This document shows, in pieces, positions 57,881-64,000 of a DNA stretch of 64,000 nucleotides. The translations under genes and the position numbers were made by a program. The first letter of the stretch is position 1. Each line of letters starts with the position of its first letter. Source of the DNA: Candidatus Enterousia sp. (GTDB lineage: Bacteria; Pseudomonadota; Alphaproteobacteria; Rs-D84); assembly GCA_045613785.1 (NCBI GenBank), contig JAZLBQ010000004.1:32001-96000 (forward strand). Direction: 5' to 3'. The notes below the pieces were generated by a model. The model was given only the letters and a program-made list of their open reading frames with translations, ran no database searches and was not told the DNA's origin.

Positions 57881-58477
57881 ATGTTGAAAAAAACAGACGT
57901 TGTTTTGTTTGATTTTGATGGAACTCTTTCTGCGCTGGATTCAAATATTGAATTTGCGAAATATTGTTTTCGTCGCAGCCTTCGTCCCTGGCTTTTTTTA
58001 CCATTGATGGGGATTAGTGGAATTTGCCGTTGGGTTCGTCCAAATGGTGTTTGGTGGCGTGAAAACATCCGTCGTTTTATGACACCTGAAATGGTTCGTC
58101 GTTTTGCACCTGGTTTTATAAAGCAGCACAAACGTGAACGTTTTGGTTGGGCCAAAGAACGTGTTCAGTCCGAACGTGATGCTGGTCGCAAAGTATTGCT
58201 AATATCTGCTAGCACAGATTATTTAATCCCAGGGCTTGTTCGTGATATGAAATTTGATGCGGTATTTTGTTCAAAAATGGACGCAAAAAAACCATGGCGT
58301 TATAAGTTCTTGTGTTGGGGCGAAAACAAAGTTATCGCAATGGATGAATGGGCGAAAGAAAACAAAATTATTCCAAATGTTGTTCGTGCCTATTCGGACA
58401 GTAAATCAGACTTGCCGATGATGGAATTGGCTCAAGAACAGGTCTGGATTGACAAGAAAACAGGTCTAAGAAAATAA
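57881..58477 (+). CDS. HAD-IB family hydrolase
   Basis: FDFDGTL, ISAS, GENK, AYSDSKSD. Confidence 0.9.
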   Translation: MLKKTDVVLFDFDGTLSALDSNIEFAKYCFRRSLRPWLFLPLMGISGICRWVRPNGVWWRENIRRFMTPEMVRRFAPGFIKQHKRERFGWAKERVQSERDAGRKVLLISASTDYLIPGLVRDMKFDAVFCSKMDAKKPWRYKFLCWGENKVIAMDEWAKENKIIPNVVRAYSDSKSDLPMMELAQEQVWIDKKTGLRK

Positions 58478-58517
58478 GCCTGGTGCATTATTGCTAAAAC
58501 AATGTTAAAGTGTTTCT

Positions 58518-58823
58518 ATGGTCTTGGTAGAAACACTTTTTGATTTACTTAGTGCATCTTTTGGTGCGATTTGTGGTGCTGTATTTGCGTTTTTTCTAAA
58601 TCGCAAGCGTAACAAGTCGATGGCAACCCAGTTGGTTGTCAGCCGTCAGGCACTGGAAAAGATAAAGCTTGAAAACCAAGATTTGTTGCATCAGGTTCAA
58701 GACAAAGAGAATTTGATTCTGCAACTGCAACTGCAAATTTTGGGCAAGCATACAAATCCGCCAGATGGTTCGCAGGACGAAAAACAAAAATCTAAACCCA
58801 GAAAAAATAAAAAGAAAAAATAA
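58518..58823 (+). CDS. small membrane-anchored coiled-coil protein with Lys-rich tail
   Basis: 101 aa, TM then heptad-like helix, ends PRKNKKKK. Confidence 0.7.
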   Translation: MVLVETLFDLLSASFGAICGAVFAFFLNRKRNKSMATQLVVSRQALEKIKLENQDLLHQVQDKENLILQLQLQILGKHTNPPDGSQDEKQKSKPRKNKKKK

Positions 58824-58846
58824 CCGGCATATTTGCCGGTTTTTCA

Positions 58847-59725
58847 TTATTCTTCACCGAAATCCATATTACGCAGTTTTTCTGCCCGTGGGGCGATTTT
58901 GCCAACAGAAATTTGAATTTTATCCAGGTCTGCATTAGCCAGTGCAAAGTGTTTTTCAATATCGTTTGCCCGCTCGTTCAGACGGGTTAAATCGCCCAAC
59001 AGTGCGTCTAGTTCTGTTTTTATCTTTGCGGCAACACGTTTTATCTTGATATCAGACAATACTGCCCTGATTGTGTTTAACGTTGCCCACAGTGTTGCAG
59101 GTGATACAATAAATACTTTCTGGTGTGCTGCATAATCAATTGTTGCTGGAAAGTTTCTGTGCAGCAATTCGAAAATAGATTCCGATGCGATAAACATCAT
59201 TGCGGATTCTGCAGTTTGACCAGGGATAATATATTTTTCTGCGATTGCATCAATATGTCTTCGAACATCTTGTTCGAATTGTTTTTTTGCCAAGGCATCA
59301 TTACCGTCTGCCATCATACGGTTATAACTTTCAAGTGGGAACTTGCTGTCAATTACCATGTCGCCGGGTGGATAGGGCAATCTGATAACACAGTCTGGTC
59401 GCACGCCGCCTGGCAAAACGTGTTGAAATGCGTATGTTTCAGGTGGCATAATATCCCGCACCAAATCTTCCAGTTGACGTTCGCCAAATGTTCCACGTGC
59501 TTGTTTGTTTCCCATCAATATATTTTTAAAGTTTGCGATGTCGGCACTTATATTTTTCAGTTCAATAGCATTTTGGTTCAAAGCCCCCAATCGTTCTGCC
59601 AATCTTTCACGCAGGCGTGCATTATCTTCACGCAGTGGCGAAAAGTCTAACACAGGGCGTCGCATTAAAATAGCCAGCAACAATAAAATAATAATGAATA
59701 ACAATACAAAAATATAAGTTGTCAT
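58847..59725 (-). CDS. rmuC: DNA recombination protein RmuC
   Basis: RGTFGE.QL, RPDC..RLP, IDSKFP, KYIIPG.T. Confidence 0.94.
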   Translation of the reverse strand: MTTYIFVLLFIIILLLLAILMRRPVLDFSPLREDNARLRERLAERLGALNQNAIELKNISADIANFKNILMGNKQARGTFGERQLEDLVRDIMPPETYAFQHVLPGGVRPDCVIRLPYPPGDMVIDSKFPLESYNRMMADGNDALAKKQFEQDVRRHIDAIAEKYIIPGQTAESAMMFIASESIFELLHRNFPATIDYAAHQKVFIVSPATLWATLNTIRAVLSDIKIKRVAAKIKTELDALLGDLTRLNERANDIEKHFALANADLDKIQISVGKIAPRAEKLRNMDFGEE

Positions 59726-59766
59726 TTCCTAATCCTTTGCTATGATTATTATAAGAGGTTTTAATA

Positions 59767-60267
59767 ATGTTGCAAATGAAACTTTGTGGTGATTTAGTTT
59801 TACGAACAGTTTGTTCGCCTGTTGAATCCATAACGCCTGATTTATTGGCGACAATGGACGAAATGGTTGAAATGATGCGTGAACAGAACGGGGTCGGCTT
59901 AGCGGCACCCCAGGTTGGTATTCTTTCACGTTTTTTGGTAATGATGGATCCGGACAGTGAAACGGTTTATCGCATGATAAATCCACGTATTTTATCACAC
60001 AGTTCTTCGACTTGCACAATGGAAGAAGGTTGCTTGTCTGTTTTGGGGATGGACGGTTTGCCAGTTTATGCAAATGTTACACGTCCTGACAGTGTTATCG
60101 TTGAATGGACAGATGAAGCAGGTGAAACAAAGACTGCTCAGATGTCTGGTGTTCCTGCTAGGATTGTTCAGCACGAAACAGACCATTTGGACGGAAAGTT
60201 GTTTGTTGATTATTTATCTCCTTTGCGTCGTGAAATGGTTATGCGTAAAGTAAAAAAACGGAAATAA
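59767..60267 (+). CDS. def: peptide deformylase
   Basis: GVGLAAPQVG, EGCLS, QHETDHLDG. Confidence 0.97.
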   Translation: MLQMKLCGDLVLRTVCSPVESITPDLLATMDEMVEMMREQNGVGLAAPQVGILSRFLVMMDPDSETVYRMINPRILSHSSSTCTMEEGCLSVLGMDGLPVYANVTRPDSVIVEWTDEAGETKTAQMSGVPARIVQHETDHLDGKLFVDYLSPLRREMVMRKVKKRK

Positions 60268-60268
60268 A

Positions 60269-61075
60269 ATGAAGTTAGTTTTAATGGGAACAAACGCATT
60301 TGTCGTCCCTATTTTTGACGCTATATTAAAAGCAGGCCATGAAATAGAGGCTGTATTTACTCGTGCTCCAAAACCAACAGGACGCAAGCGGATTTTAACA
60401 CCATCACCGGTTCACACCTGGGCAAATGAAAACGGCTTGCAGGTTCACACAAGTATCAAGGAATATAATTATACCCCAGATATGGTTGTTGTTATATCAT
60501 ACGGTGTTATTTTGCGTGAAAATGTTCTAGGGTCTGCACCGTGTGTAAATCTGCACCCTAGCTTACTGCCAGCGTATCGTGGACCGTCGCCAATACGCAC
60601 AGCGATTTATAGCGGGGATAAAAAGTCGGGTGTATGCCTGATGACAATGACACCAGAACTTGATGCAGGCGATGTCTTTGCGTGCCGTGAATTTGAAATC
60701 GGTATTGATGACACTAATGATGACATAGAACATCGTGTTTCCGAAATAGGCTCGCAAATGTTGGTTGAATACTTGTCGTCGCCATCAGCCTATGTTGCAG
60801 AACCTCAGGTTGGTAATCCTACGTTTACATGCAAGTGGACTGGCGATGATGAAATAATAGATTGGTCGAAATCTGCCAGTCAAATTCATAACCAGATTCG
60901 TGCGCTGGGTTGTGGTCGCACGACTATAAACGGTATTGAAGTCAAAATCTTAAAGACCAAGTTAAATGGCGGCACATTGGAAATAGTGCAATTGCAACCT
61001 GCTGGTAAGAAACCGATGGACTGGAAAAGTTTTGTAAATGGTCTGCATGGTGCACCGACAAAATTAGGGGAATAG
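60269..61075 (+). CDS. fmt: methionyl-tRNA formyltransferase (compact)
   Basis: LMGT, NLHPSLLPAYRGPSPI, LQPAGKKPM. Confidence 0.96.
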   Translation: MKLVLMGTNAFVVPIFDAILKAGHEIEAVFTRAPKPTGRKRILTPSPVHTWANENGLQVHTSIKEYNYTPDMVVVISYGVILRENVLGSAPCVNLHPSLLPAYRGPSPIRTAIYSGDKKSGVCLMTMTPELDAGDVFACREFEIGIDDTNDDIEHRVSEIGSQMLVEYLSSPSAYVAEPQVGNPTFTCKWTGDDEIIDWSKSASQIHNQIRALGCGRTTINGIEVKILKTKLNGGTLEIVQLQPAGKKPMDWKSFVNGLHGAPTKLGE

Positions 61076-61080
61076 AAAAA

Positions 61081-61287
61081 ATGGCAAATGAAAGTGATTT
61101 AAAGAACACAGAAAAAATATGCAGAAATTGCGAACATATGCGTGAACACACAGATAAAAAAGGCGAAAAGCATTTTTTGTGTTATCAGGCTGGTGAATTA
61201 AATGTGTTTTTCTTTGGTCCGCTTCGGGTCAGCACGCAAGACACCTGCAAGGATTTTCTTTATAAAGCAACTCAAAACACACGCTAG
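61081..61287 (+). CDS. 68-aa four-Cys orphan protein inserted between fmt and truA
   Basis: CRNC...C...CKDF; ends ATQNTR. Confidence 0.7.
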   Translation: MANESDLKNTEKICRNCEHMREHTDKKGEKHFLCYQAGELNVFFFGPLRVSTQDTCKDFLYKATQNTR

Positions 61288-61293
61288 GCACAA

Positions 61294-62025
61294 ATGACAC
61301 GATACAAAGTTATTTTAGAATATGATGGCACAGATTTAATTGGCTGGCAGGAAAATCGCCAAGGGGATTCTGTTCAATCATTAGTCAAAGATGCGATTGA
61401 AAAATTCTGTGGTGCTCGTCCTGATGTTGTTGGTGCTGGTCGCACAGATTCAGGCGTTCACGCTGTTGCGATGACTGCGCATTTTGACATAGACGGCACA
61501 CATTCTGCCCAAACTGTTATGCATGCCTTAAATTTTTATCTGGTTCAAAGTCCTGTTCGGGTTTTGTGTTGTGAAATTGTTCCTGATGATTTTAATGCAC
61601 GCTTTGATTGTGTTGCACGTCATTATAAATACATTGTTCTAAATCGTGGTGCATCACCAGTATTGCAAAAGAACCGTGTGTATTGGGTGCCACGACCATT
61701 GAATGTTGATGCAATGCGAAGTGCGGTGGCACGTCTAATTGGTAATCATGATTTTACCAGTTTTCGTGCATCAGAATGTCAGGCAAAATCCCCTGTTAAA
61801 ACATTAGATAAAATTGAAATCACGCAACACGGCGATGAAATAATATTTGAGTTTTCTGCCCGTTCATTTTTGCATCACATGGTTCGCAACATTGTTGGCA
61901 CGTTGATTGAAATAGGACTGGGCAAGTCTTTGGATATTGATGAAATATTGGCTGCAAAAAATCGTTCTGCGGCAGGTCCAACCGCCCCCGCATCAGGCTT
62001 GTATTTTATCCGTGCAGATTATTAG
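61294..62025 (+). CDS. truA: tRNA pseudouridine(38-40) synthase
   Basis: EYDGT, AGRTDSGVHA, FLHHMVR, TAPASGL. Confidence 0.97.
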   Translation: MTRYKVILEYDGTDLIGWQENRQGDSVQSLVKDAIEKFCGARPDVVGAGRTDSGVHAVAMTAHFDIDGTHSAQTVMHALNFYLVQSPVRVLCCEIVPDDFNARFDCVARHYKYIVLNRGASPVLQKNRVYWVPRPLNVDAMRSAVARLIGNHDFTSFRASECQAKSPVKTLDKIEITQHGDEIIFEFSARSFLHHMVRNIVGTLIEIGLGKSLDIDEILAAKNRSAAGPTAPASGLYFIRADY

Positions 62026-63941
62026 TTCCAGCGGCGTTTTGTAGTTGTGTATTTAACACGTCCGCCAGGATAAATTACAAATCCGCCTCGCAGAATTTTA
62101 TGACCGCAATTTTCTGATTTTATATCAAAGTATGACACAATATATCTGACGCTGTCGTCATTGCATAACGATTTAATGTTGTTCATCAGTGGAACAAACT
62201 TTTGAATATATACGATATCGTTATATCGATAGACGCCTTTGTTGTGCTTGTATCGTTTGTTTGGTGTGTTTGTGGCTTCTCCGTTAAATTTCTTCCAGGT
62301 TTCAAATGCAAAATAGTGATTTGATGAACGGGATTTATTAAATTCTAGTTTGCCGTTATCATCGACAAACGCAACCAGTTCATTATCGTCAGTCGTCCAG
62401 AAAATTGGCTTTGGATTTGTCTGGACTAAAACAATTCCGATTCCAACAAACAGTGCAAATAAAACGCAGTTTATTTTCATCTTTATATTTCGAATTAAAA
62501 TCAGACACATAAAACCGACAATAAAGCAAATCATTGCATTGTTTGGAATGTGTGGCATATCTATGTTTGTCAATGGTAATTCTGAAATGCTGCGTGCGAT
62601 ATTCAGTGTTGTATCGTAAATCAAATGAGCCAGTTTTATTGGGGATAATATTCCAAACATTCCTGTAATTGTTCCAATCATAACCAGTGGCATAATTGCA
62701 ACCGAAAATACAGGCAGTAAAATCAGGTTGCCAATCAAACTGTATGTTGGCAATGTTCCAAAGTGTGCCGCCACAAATGGGGCGGTAAACAGTGTGGCCA
62801 CCAGTGAAGTCAAAAGCATTGCATAAATTATTTTCAAGATTTTGTTTTCTGGCATCTTTGGTTTGATTTCATAATACAGCCAAATCAATCCGAATACTGC
62901 AGCAAACGACAGTTGAAATCCTGCCTGCATAACATAGTGTGGGTTTATCAAGAAAGTTGCACAAAATGCCAGTGCTATATTTCGCATTGAAAACGCACTG
63001 CGTCCAAATATAAAGGCCATAAATACCAATGTTGTCATCAAGAAAGCACGAATTGTTGCGACATCACAGCCGGACAAAAATAAATATCCAACCAGCCCAA
63101 TCCACGCACATAATATTCCTGGAATTTTAGCCGGCACCCGTCGCACAATCCATGGCACAGCCCGAAACAAGGAAACGAAAATCAAAAACAACCAACCACC
63201 AACCAATGTCATGTGAAATCCACTGATTGACCAAACGTGGCCAATGCCACTGCTAACCCAGATAGCAGCATCGTTTTCTGGAATTACGTTTTTATAGCCT
63301 AATACTAAACTGTCAACCAGAAAAGAATTTGTGTTGTTGTGAATATTGTTTCTGAACTTGTTCAGACTGTATTTAGTGTTATTTTCAATTACCTGAATGT
63401 TGTTTGCGTATCCTGTCGCACTTAAATTATTAAAATATGCCCAGCGTGCATAGTCAAATGTTTCAGGTGCTGTTGCGGCTGATGGTTTGAATAATCCAAC
63501 ATTTGCACTAACTACGTCACCAATCTGGGGCAGGGCAATATTATCACCAACAGAAACTCGCACGATTGCATCGCCAGTTCCAGCTTTGATATCTTCTGCA
63601 TTGGTGCTCAGATAAATTCTGCTTTTATCATCTGTAAAATCAATTTTCTGAACTGTTCCAGTGATGTCCAGATTATGTAAGTTGCGTTTTATAACAGGTG
63701 TGTTGACAAGATTTGTATAAGCATTCGCATAACAAAAACCGAAAGCAAAAATAAATATTGCCCGAACCAGGGTTGGAATTTTATTTACGGTCGCAAGTGT
63801 GATTAAAATCAGTGATAAAATTCCGGGGCAAAATAAACCAGGTTCTGTTGTCAGTGAAAAATACAAAGCCGCCCCTGCGGCCATCAGAAATGGCACGAAC
63901 AGAAATCTGTTTTGTTGTTGAAGATTCAACCATTTTCGCAT
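62022..63941 (-). CDS. comEC: ComEC/Rec2 competence channel
   Basis: SGIGHVWSISGFH, IRAFLM, GFQLSF, N-terminal OB-like domain; likely start MRKW at 63941. Confidence 0.93.
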   Translation of the reverse strand: MRKWLNLQQQNRFLFVPFLMAAGAALYFSLTTEPGLFCPGILSLILITLATVNKIPTLVRAIFIFAFGFCYANAYTNLVNTPVIKRNLHNLDITGTVQKIDFTDDKSRIYLSTNAEDIKAGTGDAIVRVSVGDNIALPQIGDVVSANVGLFKPSAATAPETFDYARWAYFNNLSATGYANNIQVIENNTKYSLNKFRNNIHNNTNSFLVDSLVLGYKNVIPENDAAIWVSSGIGHVWSISGFHMTLVGGWLFLIFVSLFRAVPWIVRRVPAKIPGILCAWIGLVGYLFLSGCDVATIRAFLMTTLVFMAFIFGRSAFSMRNIALAFCATFLINPHYVMQAGFQLSFAAVFGLIWLYYEIKPKMPENKILKIIYAMLLTSLVATLFTAPFVAAHFGTLPTYSLIGNLILLPVFSVAIMPLVMIGTITGMFGILSPIKLAHLIYDTTLNIARSISELPLTNIDMPHIPNNAMICFIVGFMCLILIRNIKMKINCVLFALFVGIGIVLVQTNPKPIFWTTDDNELVAFVDDNGKLEFNKSRSSNHYFAFETWKKFNGEATNTPNKRYKHNKGVYRYNDIVYIQKFVPLMNNIKSLCNDDSVRYIVSYFDIKSENCGHKILRGGFVIYPGGRVKYTTTKRRWN

Positions 63942-64000
63942 GGAAAAAGTATAGGAATTTATTAGATTGCATATCAATGAAATTTTTCGTATGATGAAAG

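Noticed and set aside
1-64000. CRISPR arrays, rRNA, transposases, integrases, alternative genetic code
   Set aside because: None seen; conserved genes translate fully with the standard bacterial code

Overview
A 64-kb, densely coding chromosomal segment of a streamlined, moderately AT-rich alphaproteobacterium (gapR, rmuC/def-fmt-truA and tRNA-Trp-secE-nusG-rplKAJL-rpoBC arrangements; it resembles uncultured host/gut-associated lineages such as Rs-D84, which is inference only). Most of it is housekeeping: valS, gyrA, pnp, pyk, recR, rsmA, lspA, yidC, rpoBC, plsX, an RND efflux operon, three tRNAs, and rpmH, rpmF and secE, which the ORF track missed. The main signal is a chromosomally scattered type IVA secretion system with no mobility genes in the window: three VirB6/TrbL-like paralogues at the left edge and a virB8-virB9-virB10 operon with extra domains. 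It co-occurs with comEC/comF and with several orphan genes ending in Q/K/R-rich basic tails (ADP-ribosyltransferase-like, APH-kinase-like, HD-domain), which are candidate substrates. Other points of interest are an integrase-less 1.25-kb islet at tRNA-Gln, an apparently catalytically dead SuhB, a chimeric type1/type2 ValRS, a probable recent read-through gene fusion, several leaderless genes and structured leaders. All family calls come from motif recognition by eye; no database searches were run.
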